Of a stretch of DNA of 64,000 nt, positions 41,476 through 50,414 are shown one piece after another. The notes beneath the pieces are model-generated. The model had not been told where the DNA came from. It made no database searches and saw only the letters and a program-made list of their open reading frames with translations. Origin of the DNA: an uncultured Pseudomonadota bacterium (GTDB lineage Bacteria > Pseudomonadota > Alphaproteobacteria > Rhizobiales > Xanthobacteraceae); NCBI GenBank assembly GCA_963747725.1, contig CAVVGD010000002.1, forward strand, positions 4,424 to 68,423. The letters are read 5' to 3'. The translations under genes and the position numbers were made by a program. Each line of letters begins with the position of its first letter. Position 1 is the stretch's first letter.

Positions 41476-42363
41476 ATGAAAATCGGTGTTGCCGGTCTCG
41501 GCGCCATGGGCGCCGCCATTGCTGCACGGCTGATCGAAGTCGGCCATGAGGTGACCGTCTGGAACCGCACGGCCGAGAAGGCGAAGCCGCTGGCGGAGGC
41601 CGGCGCCACGGTGGTGGGCTCGCCCGCCGAGGTGGCTGCGACGGCTGACGCGGTCATAACAATTCTCACAGACGGCAAGGCGATCGACGACGTCTACAAC
41701 GGACCGAACGGCCTCTTGTCCGGTGACGTCAAGGGCAAGCTGTTCATCGAGATGAGCACGGTGGCGCCCAAGGTCGAGACCGATCTCGCGCCCAGGGTGC
41801 AGGCCAAGGGCGCCCTCATGGTGGAATGCCCGGTCGGCGGCTCCACCGCGCCGGCGCGGAAGGGCCAATTGCTCGGCCTGATGGGCGCCGAACGGGACGA
41901 TGCCGTCCGCGCACGGCCGATCCTGGAGCAACTCACCCGCAGGCTCGAGCATTGTGGCCCGATCGGCTCGGGCGCGGCCATGAAGCTCGCCATCAACTTG
42001 CCGCTGATGGTGGCCTGGCAGGCCTATGGCGAAGCTTTCGCCATCGCGCGCAGCGTTGGCTGGGATCCCAAACGGCTGCTCGACCTGTTCGTCGAAAGCA
42101 ACGGCGCCAACAACGCGCTCAAGATGCGCGCCGACATGATCGTCACCATGTTTCAGGGCAAGGACCCGGGACCGGCGACCTTCACGATCGCCAACGGCCT
42201 GAAGGACCTGCACACCATGGTCGAGACCGGCGAGGCGCTCGGCGCCGACATGATCGCGACCAAGGCGGCGCTCTCGGGCTTTAAGGACGCGGTGCAGCAC
42301 GGCGCCGGCGAGGGCGACGGCGCACGCATGGCGGTCTACTGGTCGTCGGAAAAGAAGAAGTAG
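41476..42363 (+). CDS. NAD(P)-dependent oxidoreductase, 3-hydroxyisobutyrate dehydrogenase-like
   Basis: The ATG at 41476 follows AGGAGG. MKIGVAGLGAMGAAIAARL is the Rossmann motif. Confidence 0.85.
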   Translation: MKIGVAGLGAMGAAIAARLIEVGHEVTVWNRTAEKAKPLAEAGATVVGSPAEVAATADAVITILTDGKAIDDVYNGPNGLLSGDVKGKLFIEMSTVAPKVETDLAPRVQAKGALMVECPVGGSTAPARKGQLLGLMGAERDDAVRARPILEQLTRRLEHCGPIGSGAAMKLAINLPLMVAWQAYGEAFAIARSVGWDPKRLLDLFVESNGANNALKMRADMIVTMFQGKDPGPATFTIANGLKDLHTMVETGEALGADMIATKAALSGFKDAVQHGAGEGDGARMAVYWSSEKKK

Positions 42364-42396
42364 AACTCACGGATTTGGTTCGGGGGAGTGCGTTTG

Positions 42397-43050
42397 ATGA
42401 AACTCTTTTCCTACTGGCGTTCGCTGGCGACCTATCGCGTCCGCGTCGCGCTCAACCTCAAGGGCATCGTGCCCGACGAGGTCATCAACGTGAACCTGCA
42501 TGAGGGCAAGCAGCGCGAAGAAGCCTACCGCAAGATCAATCCGATGATGGCGCTGCCGGCGCTGATCGAGGACGACGGCACGGTGCTGTTCGAGTCACTC
42601 GCCATCCTCGAATATCTCGACGAGACGCACCCGAACCCGCCGCTGTTGCCGAAGGAGCCGAAGGCGCGCGCCCGGGTACGGGCGCTGTCGCAGCTCATCG
42701 CCTGCGACACCCATCCGCTGATCGTGCCGCGGGTGCGCGAGCATCTCGCCAAAACCTATAATGTCGACGAGGCCGGCGTCATCGCATGGGGCCAGCACTG
42801 GCATAACGCGGCGCTCAGGGCGCTTGAGGTCAACCTGTCATCGTCACCCGAGACCGGGCGCTATTGCCAGGGCGACCAGATCACCATCGCCGATATCTGC
42901 CTGTCGGGGCAGGGCGCCGGCGCTATGTATTTCAAATGCGACATGGCGCCGTATCCGACCGTGAAGCGCATCATCGACGAATGCGCCAAGCTCGACGCCT
43001 TCGCCCGCGCCCATCCGCTCAAGCAGCCGGGGGCGCCCGCGTCGGTGTAG
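42397..43050 (+). CDS. maiA: maleylacetoacetate isomerase (zeta-class GST)
   Basis: MKLFSYWRSLATYRVRVALNLKG...LFESLAILEYLDETHP is typical of GST-zeta. A GTG at 42388 is a possible alternative start. Confidence 0.8.
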   Translation: MKLFSYWRSLATYRVRVALNLKGIVPDEVINVNLHEGKQREEAYRKINPMMALPALIEDDGTVLFESLAILEYLDETHPNPPLLPKEPKARARVRALSQLIACDTHPLIVPRVREHLAKTYNVDEAGVIAWGQHWHNAALRALEVNLSSSPETGRYCQGDQITIADICLSGQGAGAMYFKCDMAPYPTVKRIIDECAKLDAFARAHPLKQPGAPASV

Positions 43051-43062
43051 TTGGAATTCGCA

Positions 43063-44040
43063 ATGCTCAATACCGCAATCGTCGGCCTCGGCTGGTGGGG
43101 CAAGACGCTGGTCAAGGCGGCCAACGACTTCGGCGCGCCGATCCGCTTCGTGCGCGGCGTTTCGCTCGAGCCGGATACGGCGCGCGACTTCGCCGCCGAG
43201 CAGAAGATTGCCCTCGGCACGTCGTATGAGGAAGTGCTGGCCGATCCCGCCGTGCAGGCGGTGATCCTGGCGACGCCGCACTCGAAGCACCGAGCGCAGG
43301 TAGAAGCCGCTGCTGCTGCCGGAAAGCACATCTATTGCGAAAAGCCGTTCGCACTCAGCAAGGCCGACGCTCAAGCTATGCTCGCCGCCGTCGAACGCGC
43401 CGGCGTCCAGATCGCGGTCGGCCATCACTTCCGGCTGATGCCATCGATGCGCGTACTGGCGGAGGTGGCGGCGAGCGGCGAGCTCGGCACTATCATGCAA
43501 GCGGAAGGCAACTACAGCCACGACTGGCTTGCCGGCATGCCGACCGACAGCTGGCGCATGGCGGCGGCAGAAACCCGCGCTGGCGGCATGACCGGCATGG
43601 GCATCCATGTGCTCGACTGCTTTCGCGATCTCGTTGGGCCGATGAAGCGCGTCAGCGCGCTGTCGAAGGCGCGCGCGCTTGACGTGCCGGCCGGCGACAC
43701 CACTGCCGCGCTGATCGAATTCGAGAACGGCGCCACCGGCGTGCTCGGTACCACGCTGAAGACGCCGTTTCGCTGGCGCATCGCGATCTTCGGCGAGAAC
43801 TGCTGGATGGAAAGCGTGAGCGAGACCCGCGCGCTCATTCGCCGCGCCGGCGAGGAGCAGCCGGAAGTCATCGACCGGCCGGCTGACAACCATCTCGGCC
43901 GCAATCTCGATTATTTCGCCCGCGCCGTGCTGGGCGAGGGGACGTTCCCGATTCCACCCGCTGGCATCCTGCAGACCGCCGCCGCGCTGGAGGCGGTGTT
44001 CAAGTCGGTCGACGCCAATGGGGCATGGATGCAGGTTTGA
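43063..44040 (+). CDS. Gfo/Idh/MocA family oxidoreductase
   Basis: MLNTAIVGLGWWGK Rossmann N-terminus and an EKPFALS motif. Confidence 0.8.
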   Translation: MLNTAIVGLGWWGKTLVKAANDFGAPIRFVRGVSLEPDTARDFAAEQKIALGTSYEEVLADPAVQAVILATPHSKHRAQVEAAAAAGKHIYCEKPFALSKADAQAMLAAVERAGVQIAVGHHFRLMPSMRVLAEVAASGELGTIMQAEGNYSHDWLAGMPTDSWRMAAAETRAGGMTGMGIHVLDCFRDLVGPMKRVSALSKARALDVPAGDTTAALIEFENGATGVLGTTLKTPFRWRIAIFGENCWMESVSETRALIRRAGEEQPEVIDRPADNHLGRNLDYFARAVLGEGTFPIPPAGILQTAAALEAVFKSVDANGAWMQV

Positions 44041-44084
44041 CCGGGGCGTGATAAGATTATGCTTTGGGCGACGGAGTAACGGTC

Positions 44085-44573
44085 ATGCCTGCGCATGAAG
44101 GCGGCTGTCTATGCGGTCGAATTCGCTATGCGGTTAAATCGCGGCCGATGCGCGTGACGATCTGCCATTGCCGGTTCTGCCAAAGAGCCACCGGGTCGGC
44201 GTATCTGGTGGAGCCGATCTTCGGAACATCCGACATGGACGTGGTTTCAGGCCAGCCGAAGATTTACGGTCACCGCTCCGAAGGCAGCGGCAAGATGGTC
44301 GAAGTTCACTTCTGCGACAACTGCGGCACCAAGCTGTTCCTGAGCTTCGATCGCTTTCCCGACGTCGTCGGCGTCTATGGCGGCACCTTCGACGATCCGA
44401 ACTGGTTCGAGCGGACGGCCGAAAACACGCGGCACATCTTCTTGAGCGTCGCTCAGCGCGGCACGGTCATCCCGGCAGGCATCAAATGTTTCGAACAGCA
44501 CACGATGACCAACGACGGGATGCCGCTCGAACCGCGGGTCTACGATGAGCCTCGTGTGATCGGGCAGGGCTGA
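44085..44573 (+). CDS. GFA family (glutathione-dependent formaldehyde-activating enzyme / CENP-V-like) zinc protein
   Basis: GGCLCGRIRY...CHCRFCQRATGSAY...HFCDNCGTKLF cysteine pattern. Confidence 0.8.
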   Translation: MPAHEGGCLCGRIRYAVKSRPMRVTICHCRFCQRATGSAYLVEPIFGTSDMDVVSGQPKIYGHRSEGSGKMVEVHFCDNCGTKLFLSFDRFPDVVGVYGGTFDDPNWFERTAENTRHIFLSVAQRGTVIPAGIKCFEQHTMTNDGMPLEPRVYDEPRVIGQG

Positions 44574-44617
44574 CGCAGCCCCGAGGATGATTGTTAAGGC
44601 GGCGACGGTTTGCGGCT

Positions 44618-44715
44618 GTCATCGTCCGCGAAGGCGGACGATCCAGTAAACGCAGGTGGCTCGGTTTTATCTGGAGACCCGGGTTACTGGATGCCCCGCC
44701 TTCGCGGGGCATGAC
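44618..44715. repeat. REP-like palindromic element, GTCATCGTCCGCGAAGGCGGACGAT...GCCCCGCCTTCGCGGGGCATGAC class
   Basis: Two terminal hairpins flank CCAGTAAAC...CCCGGGTTACTGG. Related to 53763-53922. Confidence 0.85.
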
Positions 44716-44717
44716 AG

Positions 44718-46515
44718 CTAGCGGATATTGGCCGCTTCGCCCCAAGCACCCAGCGTATGCGCCTTGTCGGTCGCCAGGTCCGGCTGCGCGAAGAGCTCGG
44801 CCGCGGCTGAGATCGAATTTGGCCGGCGCCACCGCCTCCAAACCGGCCCTGGTGTCGGGGCCCTCAAGCGCGCGGGCGAAGCCTTCCGCATCGCGCCAGG
44901 TCCATTGGCCGCGCTCCAGCCGCGCGTAGACATGGCCGGTGTCGTTGTCGGCGAAATTGATGATTGGGATCATACGCGCGCAGCGTTTAAGGAACTCCAC
45001 GTTGCAATCGGGCGCCAAATTGTCGCCGACATATACTTCCTCGGGCGTGTGCGCGTTAATGTTGATCTTGCGGAAGCGGTCGATGTCGAGCATGGCTTTC
45101 ACATCCAGGATTGTCATCTCCTGGTTCCAGCCATAGGCGACCGTGCGCGGGCGCTGGCCTTCCGCCACGCTGTTGTCGAGAAACTCGTAGTGCACGCGGC
45201 GGCCTGTGTTGAGCGCCCAGGTGAAGAACAATTCGGGCATACCCTCATAGGCCTCGACGTTATGGGCGAGCAGATCGTCGACCGCCTTGTAACGGCCAAA
45301 TTTCAATCCCCGTTTCCACGCCCGTTCGACCGTCATCTCCGGCGGCGTGATCATGAAGAACATGTAGATCAACTCGCCGAACCGGGTCAGCAGCCGGCGG
45401 CTTTCCTTGCCTTCCGGTGCGAAGCTATCGAAGCGGAAGCGGTCGATCAGCAGATGCGACATTCTTCCGTCAGCGGCTTTTGCCGCCATGCGTAGATCGA
45501 GCTTCTTATCGATGATCTCGACCTCGTGCCCCGTCATGGTGCCGGCGTATTTGTAGGCCGCGCCCAGCGCGTCATAGTCCAACAGATATTTGCGCCAGAT
45601 GTCGGGGCTGATCAGCGCGAACTCGTTCCAGGGCAGGTGAAGCTTTTCCGCCAGTGCCCGTTGCAGCGGCCGCATGGTGCTTTTTCCTGAGGCCGAGGCG
45701 CCCTTGACGTTCATGACTACGGGATGCGTCTGCGGCGGCAGCAATTGGTAGCCTTCGCCTGCGGCTGCTTCCTGGAGGAGCGACTGGATGGCCGCGCCGA
45801 TGACTTCACTGCCGTAGTCGTTGCATGCCAATATAAGGGCGAGCTCCGAGAGCACCTTGTGGTCGGCGTACAGGCGGCCGCGCCTGGCGATGATCGCGGT
45901 GGCGACGGTGCCGAGCGCGCGGAAGCAGGCCTCGTCGAGCCGGTCATTGGAGCTTTCCGCTTTCTTCTGCCATTCTGTGGCGACGCGTCGGTCGCGCACG
46001 TCCGGGCTCTCGGTCGGGGCGGCTGGTCTTTCTTTCGATTTGCCGAAGCCAAAGAGTCCGCGCCGCTTGCCTTCGTCGCTCTTTTCGGCCGGGTTCGAGT
46101 GTGAAGAAAAAGCCTGCGAAAGCTCCCGTTCAATTTTCTGCGAGGCAGCGTTCTCCACGCGCTTGTGGGCCGCAATCAGTTCGTCGCGATGGGGCGCAAT
46201 GTGACGGGCGAGGATGGTCGACGCCATCTTGCGGAAGTTCTCGCCCAGCGTGGCATATTTGGTCCCGTCGGGCACCGACAGATTGATGGTCACGCCGATG
46301 AGCAATTCATGGACGATCAACCGTTCCGGCCGGAACGCGACCAGGTCCTGCACCGGCAGCCCGCAATAGTCGGCAAGCTCATATGCTTTGGCGATGCTGG
46401 TCGAAACGTTGTCGCTGTTGAAGATGGTCGAGAACGGCAGGTAGGCGCGAGGCAACTGCGATTCGAGTCCTGGGTTCCAGGCGGCGTATTCAATGGAGGG
46501 AACATGAGCGTCCAT
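44718..46515 (-). CDS. large hypothetical protein: unknown N-terminal domain plus a C-terminal P-loop kinase-like (zeta-toxin / uridine-kinase-like) domain; probable +1 frameshift near 44818
   Basis: Walker A is VMNVKGASASGKST, followed by ISPDIWRK and a LLIDRFRFD Walker-B-like strand. The literal ORF continues to 44482 through the REP. The alternative frame (...AAAELFAQPDLATDKAHTLGAWGEAANIR) stops at 44718, just before the REP. Confidence 0.6.
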
Positions 46516-46518
46516 GGT

Positions 46519-47478
46519 TCACTCTGCCGCGGGTTGCATGACGCCGCGCGTTCCGGCGATTGCGCAGGCCCATACTTCGTGAATATGGGCGACCTCTTGC
46601 TCGAAGCGTTCGAGGAACAATCGCGCTTGCGTCGACAGCGTGCGCCGGGTCGGCTGGATCACGACGAAGTCGGCGTGCAGCTCCGGTTCGACGATCGGAT
46701 TGACGATCAGTTCGCCGCGGCCGATGTCATTGACCGAAATCACGCTCGGCAGGATGGTCGCCCAATCGGAACGGGCGACGAACTCGAGCGTGGCGATCAT
46801 GGCGTCCATTTCAAGCATGGCCTCGACCTCGACGCCGTGACTCTGGAAATAGGTTTCGAGATTGCGCCGGCGGATATTGTCCGGCCCCGGGATCACCAGC
46901 TTGAGCGGCCGGCATTCGGACAATCGTATTGGGGAAAGTGGCGTCAGCCCGCGGCTCGGGCCGGAGATCAGCATCTCGCGGTCGCGCACCAGAAGCCGCG
47001 CTTTGAGCCCGATGGTTCCTTCGAAGGCCGGCACCACCGCGAAGTCGAGTGCGTCATCGAGTACCATTTCGGTAAGCAGCCCGCTGTAGCCTTCGACGAT
47101 GTGCAGGCGCACTTCCGGGCAACGCGGCACGAAGTCGTCGAGCACCGGCGCCAAAACCGCGCGGGTGAAGGTTGGCATCAGGCCGATGCGCAGTTCGCCG
47201 GTTACCTGGCCGGCGAGTGAGCGCGCCTGCTCGGCGGCGTTCTCCAGCGCGCCGACCGCTTCGACGCAGCTCTTGTAGTAGCGCAGGCCCGCCGGTGTCG
47301 GCTTCACCCCGCCGACGGTGCGCTCGAATAGCTGCACGCCGAGCGCGCGCTCCGCCGCCGCCACGTGCTGGGAGATGCCGGACTGTGTCGCGTTCTCCCG
47401 CGCCGCCGCGCGGGTGAAGGAGCCTTCCTCGCAGACCGCAATGACGGCGCGGATTTGTCGCAGCGGGATGTTGGCCAT
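46519..47478 (-). CDS. LysR family transcriptional regulator
   Basis: The N-terminal wHTH is LRQIRAVIAVCEEGSFTRAAARENATQSGISQHVAAAERALGVQLFER. The C-terminal part is a substrate-binding-type domain. Confidence 0.9.
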   Translation of the reverse strand: MANIPLRQIRAVIAVCEEGSFTRAAARENATQSGISQHVAAAERALGVQLFERTVGGVKPTPAGLRYYKSCVEAVGALENAAEQARSLAGQVTGELRIGLMPTFTRAVLAPVLDDFVPRCPEVRLHIVEGYSGLLTEMVLDDALDFAVVPAFEGTIGLKARLLVRDREMLISGPSRGLTPLSPIRLSECRPLKLVIPGPDNIRRRNLETYFQSHGVEVEAMLEMDAMIATLEFVARSDWATILPSVISVNDIGRGELIVNPIVEPELHADFVVIQPTRRTLSTQARLFLERFEQEVAHIHEVWACAIAGTRGVMQPAAE

Positions 47479-47501
47479 GAACGCGCTTACTTTCTCCGAC
47501 C

Positions 47502-47600
47502 GTCATTTCGGGACGCGCCGAATGCGCGGAGCCGGAATCCATAATCCCTGCTGCGGAGTATGGATTGCGGGTTCGCCGCTGCGCGGCACCCCGGAATGAC
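47502..47600. repeat. REP-like palindromic element, GTCATTTCGG...CCGGAATGAC class
   Basis: GTCATTTCGGGACGCGCC...CCGGAATCCATAA...TATGGATTGCGGG...CCCCGGAATGAC. Confidence 0.85.
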
Positions 47601-47604
47601 CAGT

Positions 47605-47619
47605 ATTAGAAAATCTAAT
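47605..47619. promoter_or_regulatory. candidate LysR-type T-N11-A box
   Basis: ATTAG-AAAAT-CTAAT is an interrupted dyad with T-N11-A geometry. It sits in an AT-rich island between lysR (start 47478) and the divergent M24 gene (start 47728). Confidence 0.35.
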
Positions 47620-47727
47620 GCCAGAGGGCAGAATATATTATTTCTGCTTGATCTGCCAACAGCATAGGATTTGCGCCAATCAGCAACGTGAACAGGCGCC
47701 AGGACGCGCCGGTCGGGAGAAAACGCC

Positions 47728-48996
47728 ATGGGAGCGAATTTCGGCATCGCCGGTATGGATTGGCAGCAGAAGATCAATTGGGATCGTCTGCGCGAATACC
47801 GCATCGAGCGCGCGCGTCAGATGATGAAGAAGCACGGCCTCGGCGCCCTGCTCTGCATGTACGACGAGAATTGCCGTTACATCACCGGCACGCTGACGCC
47901 CGGCTGGAACCGGCTCAAGCCCGGCCTGCGCTACGCCATGCTGTGCGGCGACGGCCGCCCGATCCTGTTCGAGCAGGGCGACATCGGCTTCCAGATCGAG
48001 CGCCATAGCCCGTGGATCCCGAAGGAGAACGTCCGCCACTCGTTCGCGTGGATCAAGGGCGCCGCGGGTCCCGCCTCGACCCAGCAGGTCAACAAGTTCG
48101 TCAAGGCGATCATGCAGGCGATGAAGGAGCACGGCGTCGCCGGCCAGAAGCTCGGCTGCGACTTCATCGACATCAACATGATCAACGTGTTCAAGGAGAA
48201 CAACATCAATTGGGTGGACGGCATGACGCCCATGATGGAGGCGCGCGCCGTCAAGAGCCCGGACGAGCAGGAAGCCTTCCGCATCGTCGGCGCCATCGGC
48301 GATGCCACCCACTGGGAGTGCATGAAGTTCCTGCGTCCCGGCGTGACCGAGAACCAGGTTACCGCGCACTTGATGGAATACCTCTACAACATCCCCGGCA
48401 TGGAAGACGTCGAGGACGTGATCGTGTCGTCCGGCCCCAACACCTGGCCGAACTGGCGTAACTTCTCCGATCGCATCATCCAGCCCGGCGACATCGTGTT
48501 CATGGATTTGGCCGCGCTCACCTGGAACGGCTACAAGTCCTGCTATTACCGCACCTACTGCGTCGGCAAGGAGCCGACCGCGGAGCAGAAGGAGACCTAC
48601 GACACCGCGCTCAAGTGGCTCTACGACTCGATCGGCGCGGTGAAGGTCGGCGCCACCACGCGCGACATCGCGCTGAAATGGCCGTCGGCAATGGAGACCT
48701 GGGGCTACGAGGACGAAGACCAGGCCGCCGCCAATCTTTGGGGCCACGGCCTCGGCCTCGCGCAGTACGACCCGCCGGTGATCTCGCGCATCTGGTCGCT
48801 CGACCATCCGATCGAGATCCAGGAAGGCATGACCTTCGCGCTCGAGACCCAGCACGGCAAACGCTTCCGCTACGGCGTGCGCATCGAGGAAATGCTGATC
48901 GTGAAGAACGACGGCATCGAAATCGTGTCGAACTTCCCGGTCAAGCAGATCACCGTGGTCGATCCGCTGCCGGGCTACGGCGATCACGTGAAATGA
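47728..48996 (+). CDS. M24 family metallohydrolase (creatinase / Xaa-Pro peptidase-like, pita-bread fold)
   Basis: 422-aa ORF whose ATG follows GGGAGA. Has a creatinase-type N-domain and an M24 catalytic domain with acidic/His metal-ligand-like positions (FMDL, HGLGL, EETLIV-like EEMLIV). Confidence 0.8.
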   Translation: MGANFGIAGMDWQQKINWDRLREYRIERARQMMKKHGLGALLCMYDENCRYITGTLTPGWNRLKPGLRYAMLCGDGRPILFEQGDIGFQIERHSPWIPKENVRHSFAWIKGAAGPASTQQVNKFVKAIMQAMKEHGVAGQKLGCDFIDINMINVFKENNINWVDGMTPMMEARAVKSPDEQEAFRIVGAIGDATHWECMKFLRPGVTENQVTAHLMEYLYNIPGMEDVEDVIVSSGPNTWPNWRNFSDRIIQPGDIVFMDLAALTWNGYKSCYYRTYCVGKEPTAEQKETYDTALKWLYDSIGAVKVGATTRDIALKWPSAMETWGYEDEDQAAANLWGHGLGLAQYDPPVISRIWSLDHPIEIQEGMTFALETQHGKRFRYGVRIEEMLIVKNDGIEIVSNFPVKQITVVDPLPGYGDHVK

Positions 48997-49001
48997 TGGG
49001 C

Positions 49002-49124
49002 GTATCCCGGGCGCAGCGCAGCACGTCAGTGATGCGCTGCAGACCCGGGACCCCGGTTTCTTAAAGAAAGCTGGGTCCCGGATCAGCGGTGCACCGCTCG
49101 CGCGCTGCACCGCATCCGGGACAC
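49002..49124. repeat. REP-like palindromic element, (G)TCCCGG..GCAGCGCAGCAC / GTGCACCGCTCGCGCGCTGCACCGCATCCGGGAC class
   Basis: Two long arms surround GGGACCCCGG...CTGGGTCCCGG. Related to 51418-51543. Confidence 0.8.
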
Positions 49125-49134
49125 GAGGGGAGAG

Positions 49135-50414
49135 ATGGCCGAGTTTATTTTGCCGCTCACCGACCCCGCCGCGACCGACCCCGAAAACGTCGGCCCGAAG
49201 GCGGCGAACCTGTCGCAGTTGACGCGGGCGGGGCTGCCGACGCCGGGCGGCTTCGCGCTCACGGCGGAAGCCTACCGCCATCAGCTTCGCCATATCGGCA
49301 TCGAGCACATGCTCGCCGAGTACAACGAAGGCGATGTACCGACCACGCGCCGGCTGTCGATCCAGATCAGGCTCGCGATCTACCAGCAGCCGATCGCGCC
49401 GGAAATCCTCGAGCCGCTGCTGGCCGCCTGGCGCGCCCAGCGCGTAGCAGGCGCCGCTCGGCGCCGTGCGCTCCTCCGCGCTGCTCGAGGACCGCAAGGG
49501 CGCCAACTTCGCCGGCCAGTTCGAAAGCTTCCTCGGCCTTAGCGACGAAACCGAATTCCTCACCGCCGTGCGCGCCTGCTGGGCGGCGCTGTGGACCTCG
49601 CACGCGCGCCGCTACATGGAGAACGCCGACTTGTCGCCGGCCGACACCGCGATGGGCGTGCTGATCCAGCCGTTGATCAATGCGCGTGCCTCCGGCGGGG
49701 GTTTGAGCGAAACCGCCGAAGGCCAGATGTTGATCTCGGCCACCTGGGGCCTCGGCTCGGCGATCGCGCAGGGCGAGGTGGTGCCGGACCGCATCGTGCT
49801 CGCCAAGAACGGTTTCCTGCGCACCGTGCAGGCCGGCCGCAAGAACCATCAGGACACCTGCGCGCACGGCGTTTCGGCGCCGCAGCGCGTGCCCAAGGAC
49901 ATGGTCAGCGAGCCGTGTCTTTCCGCCGGCCAGGCCGTGACCCTCGGCCGACTGCTGCGCAAATGCGAGCAGCTCGCCGGCGGGCCGGTCGAAATCGAAT
50001 GGGCGATGGACGAGAGCGGCTTCAAGCTGTTGCAGTCGCGCCCGCTGCATGTCGAGGCGCCGATCGTGCCCGATGAGATCTGGCTGCGCCATCCGGGCCT
50101 GAGCGGTCATCCCGCCGGCATCGGCTGGGGCTCCGGCCGCGCCGTGGTGGTGAACTGCGAATGCGAACTGGAGCGTGTCGCGCCGGGCGACGTGTTGATC
50201 ACCAAGGTGGCCGGTCCGGCGCTCAGCGCGATCCTGCCGCGCGTTGCGGGCGTGGTGGCCGAGTTCGGCGGCTCGACCTCGCATCTGGCGTCGCTCGCAC
50301 GCGAACGCGGCATTCCCATGGTGCTGGGCGTGCTCGACGCCACGCAGCATATTCCCGACGGCTCGCAATGCGCGGTCGACGGCGTTGCCGGCGTCGGTGC
50401 GGTGGCTGCGTTGA
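49135..50414 (+). pseudogene. PEP-utilising-enzyme-type phosphotransferase (PPDK_N ATP-grasp plus swivelling phosphohistidine domain, no PEP/pyruvate TIM barrel); two probable +1 frameshifts
   Basis: Frame 1 reads MAEFILPLTDPAATDPENVGPKAANLSQLTRAGLPTPGGF...LLAAWRAQR. Frame 2 starts near 49450 and reads PLGAVRSSALLEDRKGANFAGQFES...GGSTSHLASLARERGIPMVLG...VDGVAGV. A third frame ends VRWLR-stop at 50412-50414. Confidence 0.7.

Noticed and set aside
44718-46515. Epsilon/zeta-type toxin-antitoxin module.
   Set aside because: The P-loop domain is only the C-terminal half of a roughly 600-aa protein. No small antitoxin ORF precedes it, since the upstream gene is a full-length LysR regulator. The resemblance to zeta toxin is motif-level only.
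47680-49563. 627-aa minus-strand ORF. Similar long antisense ORFs lie at 12147..13421, 19053..20219, 30663..31985, 35136..36365, 42844..43893, 46165..47220, 49367..50488 and 56730..59042.
   Set aside because: Each lies antisense to, or out of frame with, a gene that has recognisable family motifs. None has a recognisable domain, and all show the Arg/Gly/Ala/His-rich bias of non-coding frames in high-GC sequence.
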